A DNA stretch of 64,000 nucleotides from Candidatus Bathyarchaeota archaeon (GTDB lineage Archaea; Thermoproteota; Bathyarchaeia; Bathyarchaeales; Bathycorpusculaceae): contig OY970340.1 of assembly GCA_963717465.1 (NCBI GenBank), positions 2,528,001-2,592,000 on the forward strand. Direction: 5' to 3'. A program made the position numbers and the translations under genes. Below the pieces are notes generated by a model that was not told the origin of the DNA, ran no database searches, and saw nothing but the letters and a program-made list of their open reading frames with translations. Below are positions 41,832 to 51,250 of this stretch, piece after piece (the stretch's first letter is position 1; each line of letters starts with the position of its first letter).

Positions 41832-42911
41832 TTATGAGCTCCAATATTGTAGGTAGTATTTTACGAAGAGCTGTAGGTCTGCAAAGTTTATTTTTCCATC
41901 GTTGTTGAAATCGATTGCCGCAGTGTAGGCTCCGTTTTGGTAATAATTGATGTAATCACGCACGAAAATTTGCAGATCTGCAAAGTTTACGATTCCGTCG
42001 CCGTTGAGGTCGCCAAATTGGGCAACTTGGAAGGTTGTGGTTTGCGACCCTTGGGTTCCTACGTAGGTTCCTGATGAGTAAGCTGCATATGGATAGTTTG
42101 CTGTTGAGTAAACGGTGTAGTTTCCTAGGACGCAGTTACCTTGGTTGGGAAGTCTGAAGGTAAAGTTGTAGTAATGGTCAACTCCGTTTAGGCTGTAGGT
42201 AGTTGGGGCAGTGCCTGGGAATGGTGTGCCGCCTGTTATCGTGAATTGGAAGGTTTTTTCCATGGCCAATGGGACTCCGCCGTTGCTTGGCCAGTCTGAG
42301 TATACGTTTACGTAAGCGTATACTGTTCCGTAATGCGCCCAGGAATCGATGAGGAAGTTTGTTTGAATGAATGAGGATGAATATGCGCCTACGTTTAGTG
42401 TGGCGTAAGATAGCGCGATTGGTACCCCGTTGCTGTCGAACATGTTTACCGTTACGAGCATTGGTTGGATTGTGCCTTCGTTGTTTATTACTTGGACGTA
42501 GTATGATGGGGTTTCTTGGTTGGAAGCTGTTGGCATTGGTATGCTTGTGATTTGGTTACCTCCAGCATTGCATAAGTAGGATGCGTTTATGTCTGCTGGT
42601 ATGTTGTATGGTATGACGTTACCTGTGCTGATAGTTCTTACTACAAGGGTGTTTCCGTTAGGGTCTTGAATTTGTACTCCTGCTAAACCGTCGTTTGGAT
42701 AAAAGTTGGTGCCTGCGTTGTAGTTCATGCTTCCGATGAATGTTACGATAGAGTATCTATCGTACAGACTGCTGTCATTGTAAGCCGTTATAGTGCTTGC
42801 TGTGCTAGCCGTTAAAGTTAAAGTTAAAGTAGGGGTTTGTGCTCTTACCAACGTTACTGCCATAGGGGCTATTATTAAGCATAATAAAATGGAAATAAGT
42901 TCTTTTCTCAT
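41832..42911 (-). CDS. Secreted beta-rich protein with C-terminal dockerin-like module
   Basis: GDLNGDGIVNFADLQIFV and DFNNDGKINFADLQLFV. Confidence 0.82.
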   Translation of the reverse strand: MRKELISILLCLIIAPMAVTLVRAQTPTLTLTLTASTASTITAYNDSSLYDRYSIVTFIGSMNYNAGTNFYPNDGLAGVQIQDPNGNTLVVRTISTGNVIPYNIPADINASYLCNAGGNQITSIPMPTASNQETPSYYVQVINNEGTIQPMLVTVNMFDSNGVPIALSYATLNVGAYSSSFIQTNFLIDSWAHYGTVYAYVNVYSDWPSNGGVPLAMEKTFQFTITGGTPFPGTAPTTYSLNGVDHYYNFTFRLPNQGNCVLGNYTVYSTANYPYAAYSSGTYVGTQGSQTTTFQVAQFGDLNGDGIVNFADLQIFVRDYINYYQNGAYTAAIDFNNDGKINFADLQLFVKYYLQYWSS

Positions 42912-43305
42912 TTTGTCAACTCCCTTCTAAGTAGGGTTTCTTGACTGGACTATTTAGCGTATCCGAAATATTATATTGAGACCTAAATTGACTCTATATA
43001 GAGAGCCATTGCTAAATGAAAAAAGGGGCAAGGAGTAATTCAGTTGTTTCATCTGGAATTCACGCTAATTTTTTTATTTGTTTAAGTTCGGCAAATAATT
43101 CTAAAGTTGATAAGTAACTTGCCGAAATTGATTATGTAATAATTTGTTGCTATTAGTCACGTGGATTTGCTTGCTTGTTTTTTCCGTTTGAGTGATTGTA
43201 GAGAAGTAGTATGATTGACTTTTGGTTTATTAAGCAATGATAAGAAGTTGTATTTTGCTCATTTATTTAAAAAAAAAAGAAAAAGGGTTGGTTGTTTTGT
43301 TTTGT

Positions 43306-45546
43306 TTAGCTTGGTGTGTAACCGATTGTGAAGGTTCCATCGGATTCTGGGCAGTATGGTAAAGCTCCGTTAGCTGAGTTTGCTGGATTAGCGTTGAATA
43401 TGTTCACGTGAACTGTTGCAGTTCCACCGAATGCATAGATTGGGATTGGCAGAGTGATTGATCCAGAAGATACTGTGCTGCTTGCGATTCCGCTAACGCC
43501 TGCGACTGTTGAGCTTTCTTCACCTGAGTAGACTGGTACGCCGTTAGCATCTGTGACTGTGTAGGTTATGTAGTAGAGTTGGGTGCTTTGGGAGATTGTT
43601 GTGATTGGAATGCTTAAGGTTGCATGGTCTCTACCTCTGGCAACTAATGAACTAACTGATACTTGACCTAAGGTAAGAGTGTAGCCGTATTGGAAGTTGA
43701 ACGAACTGCTTACAATGACCTGAGCGACATCGACGGTTGCGGTAACTTCGTAGGTTCCGAATGACATTACTCCACTGCCGTCGTTTGGTAGACGGTATTG
43801 TACAACTGCGATACCAGAGCCATTTGTATATTCAACGAATGTAGCGATAACGTCAGTTGAATTGTAGATGGTGAATGTTACTAGTTTGTCTGTTACTTCT
43901 CCGCCGTTGAATTCAACGAATGCTGCGAGATTCATTATTTGCTGTGGTGCATAAGAATCAACTGTTGTAGTGCTGTTGAAAATTCCCTGGCCTGTTGGAG
44001 ATTTGTATGGAAACGCTGTTGTGGTTGCATTGTTAACTATGTAGAGGTTTATTTGTGCGCCGGCAGAGGTTGGTGAGATTATGCCTGGTGCGATTGTTAG
44101 TGTGGCTGTGTTGGTGTTCACGTAGCTTGAATCAGTTGTTGTTGCGGTTGAAACTGTCAAGGATACAACTATGTTTCCGTTAACCACTGAGGGTGCATTG
44201 AATGAAATGCTACTTCCTGTTCCTGTTGCGATTGTTGTTCCACCGTTTGTTACTGTCCATGAGTATCCGGTGATTGGTACAGTGGGGTTAACTGGGTTCG
44301 CTAATGGGTCATATCCTGGGACTGAGGATAGTGCATTCATCGTGAATGGTTGACCTGCTATGTATGTGGAGCTTCCTTCATTGGTGATGACTGCTGTTGG
44401 GGCTTGTGCTGCTGGTGCTGTGCTTCCGATGTACATGAAGTTGTTTAATGCATTAACGGGTTCACTAATCTCATTGTTGTTGACTAGGGTTGGGATGCCT
44501 GGTGACAGAGTGATTGCACTATTGGCGTAGTTGATTACTTCGAAGGTTAAGGTGCACATTACGCCTGCTGTGTTTGTGGCTGTTGTGTTAGAGAGGTATA
44601 TGTCGCTAATTCCTTGTTGTACTGTACCTGCAATGTTGTCAATGAAGCCGGGTACGAATAAGGTTGAGCTGCCGTTATAGAGGCCTGGTGCAGCGTTCAT
44701 GTAGGATCCTTCAGTTATGGTTTCGAGCTGAAGGACTGCTGGATTCCAGCTGACGCCGATGTTCCATGCCCAAACTGGTTCGTTTAATTCATTGTTCATG
44801 TATAAGTCAACGCTGAAAGTGTTGTTTATCGGATTTGTTCCACTTGGGAATTGGTATGATGCTTGGTTTGTTGTGCCGCCCGTGCCGCTGAGGACTGCGC
44901 TAATTGTGGTTATCTGTAGGTTGTAGATCGCGTTTGCATAGGCAAATCCTGAAGATGTCCCGGTTGGATAAAGGTTTGTGGATGTTGCTGTTGTTGTGGT
45001 TCCAGTGGTTGCCACTAAGTAGAACGGATTGTTACCGGTAGTATCGAAAGTAATGTTGCTTTGACCGCTGGCAATGACTTGGAATGTGATTTGGCCTAAG
45101 ACTACAGCGTTACCTGGTGAAATTGTGGCAGATGCATTAGATGTATTCGCGATTGTTTGAGCAAAGTCATATTCATTACTTCCAGTTGCAACGTCTGCAG
45201 ATACTAGTTTGCTAGTCCAGCATGAGCCGTCGTTACTAGACACAAATTGAAGGACTGCTGGATTGTAAATTATTCCGTATGTTGCTCCACTGATGCCGCC
45301 TGAAATATAGCTTGCATTATCGAGTCTGATGTCAACGGTAAACTGCGAGCCGATTGCTGATTGTGGTATGTACGATGTTACCGATGACCCAGCAGCGCCA
45401 GTTGGCACAATGCTGAGTACTGGTATTGTGCCGCTTTCGTTTTGAGCTTTGACTGCGGGCACAATAGCCATTAGCATTGACATGACCATAAAAAGGGCCA
45501 AGACCAAAGCTAATATGGATTTGGTTTTAAACATTTTTAGTTTCAT
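43306..45546 (-). CDS. Scaffoldin-like secreted protein with two cohesin-like modules, a PKD-like domain and the shared C-terminal pair
   Basis: First module GSQFTVDIRLDN...; second module TFSVDLYMNN...WAWNIGVSWNPAVLQLETITEG...VMCTLTFEV. Confidence 0.78.
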   Translation of the reverse strand: MKLKMFKTKSILALVLALFMVMSMLMAIVPAVKAQNESGTIPVLSIVPTGAAGSSVTSYIPQSAIGSQFTVDIRLDNASYISGGISGATYGIIYNPAVLQFVSSNDGSCWTSKLVSADVATGSNEYDFAQTIANTSNASATISPGNAVVLGQITFQVIASGQSNITFDTTGNNPFYLVATTGTTTTATSTNLYPTGTSSGFAYANAIYNLQITTISAVLSGTGGTTNQASYQFPSGTNPINNTFSVDLYMNNELNEPVWAWNIGVSWNPAVLQLETITEGSYMNAAPGLYNGSSTLFVPGFIDNIAGTVQQGISDIYLSNTTATNTAGVMCTLTFEVINYANSAITLSPGIPTLVNNNEISEPVNALNNFMYIGSTAPAAQAPTAVITNEGSSTYIAGQPFTMNALSSVPGYDPLANPVNPTVPITGYSWTVTNGGTTIATGTGSSISFNAPSVVNGNIVVSLTVSTATTTDSSYVNTNTATLTIAPGIISPTSAGAQINLYIVNNATTTAFPYKSPTGQGIFNSTTTVDSYAPQQIMNLAAFVEFNGGEVTDKLVTFTIYNSTDVIATFVEYTNGSGIAVVQYRLPNDGSGVMSFGTYEVTATVDVAQVIVSSSFNFQYGYTLTLGQVSVSSLVARGRDHATLSIPITTISQSTQLYYITYTVTDANGVPVYSGEESSTVAGVSGIASSTVSSGSITLPIPIYAFGGTATVHVNIFNANPANSANGALPYCPESDGTFTIGYTPS

Positions 45547-45589
45547 TGTTTATTTCTCTCTCCTTTCATGATTTGAAAAAAGTAGGGGA

Positions 45590-47161
45590 TTATTGTCCCA
45601 CTACCAAGGGGTTTACGTAGAGTGGGTTGTAGACTATGTAGTAATTCACGTAGGTTTTCACGAATCCTTGTAGGTCTGCAAAGTTTACTTTGCCGTCAGC
45701 GTTAAAGTCACAGTATGGGTTGTATGCTCCTTTAGTGTAGTATGCGATATAGTTGGCTACGAAGTATTGAAGGTCAGCAAAGTTCACTTTACCGTCAGGA
45801 ATAGCCTGAGTCTGAGTTGACAGAAGACCCTGAGATGGACCATAGGTGTTCAAGTTGGAGTCAATCGGTAGTTGACCTGCCATGTCACAGCGATCCAGCG
45901 GGATATAGCCTTGATCAGCAACAAAGTTGCTTGCACCTGAACCAACTGCAGTTGCCGTAGGATTTGCACCTCCAGTTGTCGTGTTATCAGCCATCATGTA
46001 AGCTATCCAAACACCGGTCACTAAGCTTTGAGGATTGCTTGTAACTGGTACATTTGGAAGGTCTTCCCATAGCCATCTCCATGCAAAGTACGGATCAGTT
46101 GCAGCGTAGCCTTTAATGCCTGAGTAAGCCCAGATAACGTTTGCTTGACTGCATACAGTGTAAGGACTCCAAACGGGTGCTACTGTCCATTGACCAACTG
46201 TGCCAGACGGCCCGTAATAGTGTATCATAGTGCTTCCAGAGCTTCCGTCGCTACCACTTCCGGTTGGCTGTTGAGTGTTGAAGGCAATGTTTGCTGGAAT
46301 AACTTGACCATAGGTTTGTAAGTAGCCTAAGGATAAGAAGCCTACAGAGCCTGAAGTAGTGTCAACTGCTTGCCATTCTTGATAGTTTGTCTGTTCATAA
46401 GTGTAAGTTGCCATGTTTTCTGAACCATCAGCAGTTCCACTTGTCTTGTGAACAAAGGTAAAGCCGTTTGGTGAGGCAAAGTATGTGTTGAAGCAGTCCA
46501 TAGTTCCACTGGTTGGGTCTCTAACTATGCGGGTGATTGGCTCAGTTAATTCAGCTGATGTCAAGCCTGCGGTTGAGATGCTTTGGTTAGTCAAGAAGTC
46601 ACCCCATGTATTGAAGTAACCTGGAGCAACGTTGCCCTGACCGCCTATGGTTGTATTACTCTGGACATTGTTTGCGAATGGTGTAGTGTCTGAGAAGAGC
46701 AAAGCAATTTGGTAAGTAGTGAAATTCGTTGGGAGCCAAGACATGTCTGGACTAAAAATCGGAACAACACTGTCAACACCGACAGCATAGATTTGCAAGT
46801 TGATCAGAGCAGAATTTTTCCACTCGGCAGAACTGCTTGCTGGAGGCTTTGACATTTCGCCAATATCTGCTGTTCCAGCGGCTAGTGCCGGCATGGCAGT
46901 TCCACTACCCTGCTGGGCTATGTTTATTGTACTAATGGCATAACCACCAGTAACAGATGAGCTCAAACTGGCCCAATAACTGCCAAAGCTGTTTGATTCT
47001 TCAACTGCAATTGGTCCAACTGTGCTTGAACCAACTATCGTCAGCGTATTTGCTTGGTATAAATTGCCACTTGTTGATGCGTTAGCCATTGCGCTTGCTA
47101 CAGAAAATGCTAAGATTGCTACCACTAATGTAGATAAAATTATTTTTTGGTTTAAATTCAA
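45590..47161 (-). CDS. pstS: Phosphate-binding protein PstS fused to a C-terminal dockerin-like module
   Basis: LTIVGSSTV, QGSG.....A.GTADIG.MS, VGVD, RDPTSGT...F, VGFLSLGY; C-terminal PDGKVNFADLQYFV and DFNADGKVNFADLQGFV; start TTG 47161 after AAAGGAG. Confidence 0.85.
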   Translation of the reverse strand: MNLNQKIILSTLVVAILAFSVASAMANASTSGNLYQANTLTIVGSSTVGPIAVEESNSFGSYWASLSSSVTGGYAISTINIAQQGSGTAMPALAAGTADIGEMSKPPASSSAEWKNSALINLQIYAVGVDSVVPIFSPDMSWLPTNFTTYQIALLFSDTTPFANNVQSNTTIGGQGNVAPGYFNTWGDFLTNQSISTAGLTSAELTEPITRIVRDPTSGTMDCFNTYFASPNGFTFVHKTSGTADGSENMATYTYEQTNYQEWQAVDTTSGSVGFLSLGYLQTYGQVIPANIAFNTQQPTGSGSDGSSGSTMIHYYGPSGTVGQWTVAPVWSPYTVCSQANVIWAYSGIKGYAATDPYFAWRWLWEDLPNVPVTSNPQSLVTGVWIAYMMADNTTTGGANPTATAVGSGASNFVADQGYIPLDRCDMAGQLPIDSNLNTYGPSQGLLSTQTQAIPDGKVNFADLQYFVANYIAYYTKGAYNPYCDFNADGKVNFADLQGFVKTYVNYYIVYNPLYVNPLVVGQ

Positions 47162-47269
47162 TTTTAAACTTCTCCTTTCTCTCTTTAAACAATTGAACGA
47201 TTGCTCGTTCAAGCATCAATTAAAGGCAAAAAGAATATCTTTCTTGCCGACGTAGTTTATATTTAACAA

Positions 47270-47287
47270 TTTAGACTATAGTCTAAA
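47270..47287. promoter_or_regulatory. 18-bp perfect palindrome TTTAGACTATAGTCTAAA between the divergent pstS and pstC genes; candidate operator
   Basis: Exact inverted repeat, with an extra half-site TTAGACTATA at 47320-47329. Confidence 0.55.
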
Positions 47288-47408
47288 AAAGTAACAACTA
47301 GAAAACAAGTAATCCCTAATTAGACTATAAATAATAAATAGATAAACAATATCTGTCCATTTTCAGTCTTTTCAACTATATGAGGAGACTAGGGAAGCAG
47401 AATTATTA

Positions 47409-48284
47409 ATGGACTATAAAAGATTAAGAGAAAATCTAATCAGACACGGCTTATTTATCTGCGCTGTTTCTTCAATCGTAATAGTGTTCACCATCGTAGC
47501 CCTCATTTTGAATTACGGATACCCAGATTTTTCCCAATGGTTTGCCACCGGGTTCTATGCGTCAAGCTGGAATTCATACATTTGGCCCTTCATATGGGGT
47601 TCATTATACGTCTCCTTAGGAGGGACAGCCTTGGGCCTTGTAATAGGTATACCTTGCGCAATTTACATGGCGGAATTTGCAAATATACGCGTAAGAAACA
47701 TTTTGAAGCCATCTTTGGAGGTTTTAAACGGCTTCCCTTCAATCATAATAGGAATCATAGGCCTTACTCTTCTAGTAGACCAACCAGAGCTACCTCACCA
47801 ACTTCAAGGTCAAGGAACCATCCTTTTCGCATGGATAATTCTGGGAATAATGGCAATACCATTAATCGCCAGCCTCGCAGAGGATGCTATAAGATCTGTT
47901 CCTTATGAACTAAAAGAAGCCTCCCTTGGATTAGGCGCCACACGCTGGCAAACAGTAACAAACGTTTTGGTGCCTGACGCAATGTCCGGCATTTTAACGG
48001 CAACTTTGTTAGCATTTGGCAGTGGAATAGGCGAAACCATTGCCGTCTATTACGTTGTCGGACAACAAACAGGTAGCGCTCCAGCCTTTCTTTTTAATCC
48101 AATAACACGAAGCAACACGCTCACCGTTTTAATGTATATGAGCAAAGGAGACCAGGGGTTAGTGCCAGGAAACCCGGGAACAAATCTAGTTTTTGCAATA
48201 GCCATTATAGTATTAATCATAACAGCCGCAATAAACATTATCATAAGAAGGTTATCTTCCCGTAATAAAAAATCAGGCGGATAA
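47409..48284 (+). CDS. pstC: Phosphate ABC transporter permease PstC
   Basis: AIYMAEFA, LKPSLEVLNGFPSIIIG, EASLGLGATRWQT, GETIAV. Confidence 0.92.
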   Translation: MDYKRLRENLIRHGLFICAVSSIVIVFTIVALILNYGYPDFSQWFATGFYASSWNSYIWPFIWGSLYVSLGGTALGLVIGIPCAIYMAEFANIRVRNILKPSLEVLNGFPSIIIGIIGLTLLVDQPELPHQLQGQGTILFAWIILGIMAIPLIASLAEDAIRSVPYELKEASLGLGATRWQTVTNVLVPDAMSGILTATLLAFGSGIGETIAVYYVVGQQTGSAPAFLFNPITRSNTLTVLMYMSKGDQGLVPGNPGTNLVFAIAIIVLIITAAINIIIRRLSSRNKKSGG

Positions 48285-48311
48285 ACTCCAAAAAAGCAGG
48301 AGGCAGAAAAA

Positions 48312-49673
48312 TTGAAACTACAACTTAGAAAAACGATAACAAGTACAATCAAATACTTCAAAAAAAAGGAAAGAGCAAGCTTGCTATCGGGGAGCCTTCT
48401 ATTTATTTCGGGCGTTATCGCTATAGTCCCAGGAATACTCCACCTTTACAGCAATGTCCTAACTCAACCCATAAGCCTAATACAATTTGACACATCGGTT
48501 ACCGAAACAGCAATCTCATTGCTCTTAATACTTCCAAGTCTAGTTCTTTTTTGCATAGCATACATGCTTTGGGAAAATCATTCCTTAGGCTGGAAACTAT
48601 CTACAGGAACCGCTGTGCTGACTGCAGTATTAGCCTTTGCCGGGTATGTGCCTCTTGAATTTGCACTATCAATATCAGCCCTAAGTGCTATTGCAGCAAT
48701 AATTGAATTTCGAAATAAGAATAAAATGAAAGATTCACCGATTGTAATTGAAAAGTTGGCAATGTTCGGACTTAAACTTTCTGGGCTCTTCTGCATGGTT
48801 CTCTTAGTAGGGATAATTTTTTATATAGTCATCCGAGGTTCACCTGTTTTATCCGTCGAGTTCGTAACTGGCAGCAATTGGGTTTGGAGCAATGGCTTTG
48901 AATTCGTGGCAGGTACGACAAGTTTAGGAGGAGGAATAAGAGACTCTATAATTGGCACATTTCTGTTTGTTGCTGTAAGCGAAGTCATAGCTATTCCACT
49001 GGGCGTTGGAGCAGCCATTTACCTATCTGAGTACTCCAAACAAAATAGGATCGTTAATGTTATTCGTTTTTTCATTGAGATACTTGCAGGGGTGCCCTCC
49101 ATAATTATTGGATTGGTTGGGGTCGTCATCTTCGCAACGGAATTAAAATGGGCTTATACTTTGCTTGGAGGCGGAATAGCATTAGCAATGATGATTTTGC
49201 CATTTAACATTCGAGTTACGGAAGAAGCCTTGAAGTCAGTCCCGTCATCTTTCAGAGAAGCCTCTTTTGCCCTTGGAGCGACACAATGGCAAACCGTAAG
49301 AAGGGCAGTGCTTTTCGCAGCGTTACCAGGAATAATAACGGGTATTTTGCTAGGAGTAGGAGGAGTCATGGGAGAAACAATGATTTTAGTGCTTATCGGC
49401 TCTGAAACAAGTGCAAACTTCGTAGGCGCAGCAACTTCGATATCGTATTTGGCAAACATCGAAAGATTTTTCTTATCGCCATGTCCAGCCCTAACCATAT
49501 TTATAAACAACGTCTATAACGTAAGCACCAATACTCGACTTACCAACCAAACATTTCAGTTGGGGTCCTTGGCTTTTGCTGGCGCAACCGTCCTAATCGC
49601 GTTATATCTAGCCATCTGCATTATTGCAATGGTAGCAAGAAACTACTTAAACAAGAAAATAAAAGGGCAATAA
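48312..49673 (+). CDS. pstA: Phosphate ABC transporter permease PstA with an N-terminal membrane extension
   Basis: PLGVGAAIYLSEY, LAGVPSIIIGL, REASFALGATQWQT, GET; about 145 extra N-terminal residues. Confidence 0.92.
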   Translation: MKLQLRKTITSTIKYFKKKERASLLSGSLLFISGVIAIVPGILHLYSNVLTQPISLIQFDTSVTETAISLLLILPSLVLFCIAYMLWENHSLGWKLSTGTAVLTAVLAFAGYVPLEFALSISALSAIAAIIEFRNKNKMKDSPIVIEKLAMFGLKLSGLFCMVLLVGIIFYIVIRGSPVLSVEFVTGSNWVWSNGFEFVAGTTSLGGGIRDSIIGTFLFVAVSEVIAIPLGVGAAIYLSEYSKQNRIVNVIRFFIEILAGVPSIIIGLVGVVIFATELKWAYTLLGGGIALAMMILPFNIRVTEEALKSVPSSFREASFALGATQWQTVRRAVLFAALPGIITGILLGVGGVMGETMILVLIGSETSANFVGAATSISYLANIERFFLSPCPALTIFINNVYNVSTNTRLTNQTFQLGSLAFAGATVLIALYLAICIIAMVARNYLNKKIKGQ

Positions 49674-49693
49674 AGAAAGAGAAAGACGAAAAA

Positions 49694-51070
49694 ATGAAAA
49701 AACTGTCAACAAACAAAAAAATTCTCAACATCCTATTAATTCTACTTCTCAGCCCATTCTTAACTCAAATAGTCCAAACAACTCACGCCCAAACCATAAA
49801 CCAAAACAATTGGGCAATAACTTTACAAGCCCAAAAAGCTGGACAAAACTCACCCAGCAACGTATTTGCCCCTTTTGACCAAATTCAACTGACCACAAAT
49901 GTGACATACAACAATGCCCCGCAACCAGACGTTTTAGTAACCTTCCAAGTCCAAGGTCCCTTTGGCTCGATTGATTTAATTAATATTACAAGAATCCAAA
50001 TGACAGACTCAAACGGCCAAGCAGGATTCTCATTCCGTTTACCAGACGAAAGCGAAAACCAATCCTTACTTGCAGGCACCTGGCAAGCCTCTGCTACAAT
50101 ACAAACAACCAACAATACATTGCAGCAAACCACAACGTTTACCACTCAATGGCCCATGCAAATAACATCAATGAACATTGCGACGGCACAGGGCCAAACA
50201 GTCTTTGCTCCAGGCAGTCCAGTCACAGTCCAACTGGCAATTAACAACACAGGGCAAGCCCAACCCGTAAACATAACACTCACTATGCAAGATGCAACAG
50301 GAAACATACTAGACCAAACCGAACTTCAAAATACTCAAATCGAAGACCAAACCAGTCTAACCCAAGTTCAAGGCACCATACAAATTCCAGACAACATAAC
50401 TTCAGGCGAAATAGCAGTTAACGCAGCGATATACTACGGAAACTATCAAAACACAGACATACCAATAGCTGCAAGCCAAACCGCCTACTTTGCAATCGGT
50501 GGCAGCGTAACCACACCAACTACAACTTCAACTCAAAACGCCATAAGCCTTTTCTCATGGCTTCTCATTTTCACAGGACTCGCCACATTCACGGCACTAA
50601 CACTTTTTCTTAGAAGAAAACATCTACCTAAAATAGGCGCAAAAACACCGTCTCCCATGCCGAGCTCAATCATAATAACTCCGTCAATAGGAGCAACCTT
50701 AGAGCAACCTTTGCAAACAACACCCGAAGGAGCCAAAACTAGTGAACCAGCATCGATACTAAGTCCGCTCCAGCAAGCTCTAAGATCCCAAGTACAGACT
50801 CAATTAAACCAAATCTCAGAAAGCGCAAACAGAATCCAAGCCTTGAAAGAAGAACTTGATTTAGAGAAAGAGAATTTATCCAAAGACTTGAGCCTACTCA
50901 GAAAAACAGTTGAAGAACAGCAAAAAATAGTAAAGAGCTACTTCGACGAAGTAACCTCAGAAATTGAAAAAATGGAAGACATCTTAAAAGATAAAGAAGA
51001 AAAAACAAAGAACAAAAATAAGACTAATTCAAACGGAAAAAGAAGTGAAACAAACAGCAATAATAAATGA
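49694..51070 (+). CDS. Single-pass protein: shared extracellular beta-sandwich pair, TM, cytoplasmic Pro-rich linker and coiled coil
   Basis: Signal peptide; FAPFDQIQL...VTF.V..P...TDSNG.A.F.FRLP; TM followed by RRK; heptad-rich E/K tail. Confidence 0.75.
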   Translation: MKKLSTNKKILNILLILLLSPFLTQIVQTTHAQTINQNNWAITLQAQKAGQNSPSNVFAPFDQIQLTTNVTYNNAPQPDVLVTFQVQGPFGSIDLINITRIQMTDSNGQAGFSFRLPDESENQSLLAGTWQASATIQTTNNTLQQTTTFTTQWPMQITSMNIATAQGQTVFAPGSPVTVQLAINNTGQAQPVNITLTMQDATGNILDQTELQNTQIEDQTSLTQVQGTIQIPDNITSGEIAVNAAIYYGNYQNTDIPIAASQTAYFAIGGSVTTPTTTSTQNAISLFSWLLIFTGLATFTALTLFLRRKHLPKIGAKTPSPMPSSIIITPSIGATLEQPLQTTPEGAKTSEPASILSPLQQALRSQVQTQLNQISESANRIQALKEELDLEKENLSKDLSLLRKTVEEQQKIVKSYFDEVTSEIEKMEDILKDKEEKTKNKNKTNSNGKRSETNSNNK

Positions 51071-51250
51071 ATTCCCTTATAAAACTGATTTTGCAGTCAA
51101 CGCAATTAATTCAGATGCATTTTCGGCCAATAAGGGATAGCAACAAACAAGGAATATTGAATTCTTCTATATAGATTATGTGAAATATTATGGAAAAGAT
51201 AATCAGCAGACGCCAAAAACATCATTTGAACATTCAAGGGAGGGGAGAAG

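Noticed and set aside
31840..47161. A true cellulosome
   Set aside because: No glycoside hydrolase, CBM or other catalytic motif is recognisable in any dockerin-bearing protein here; the only identifiable cargo is PstS
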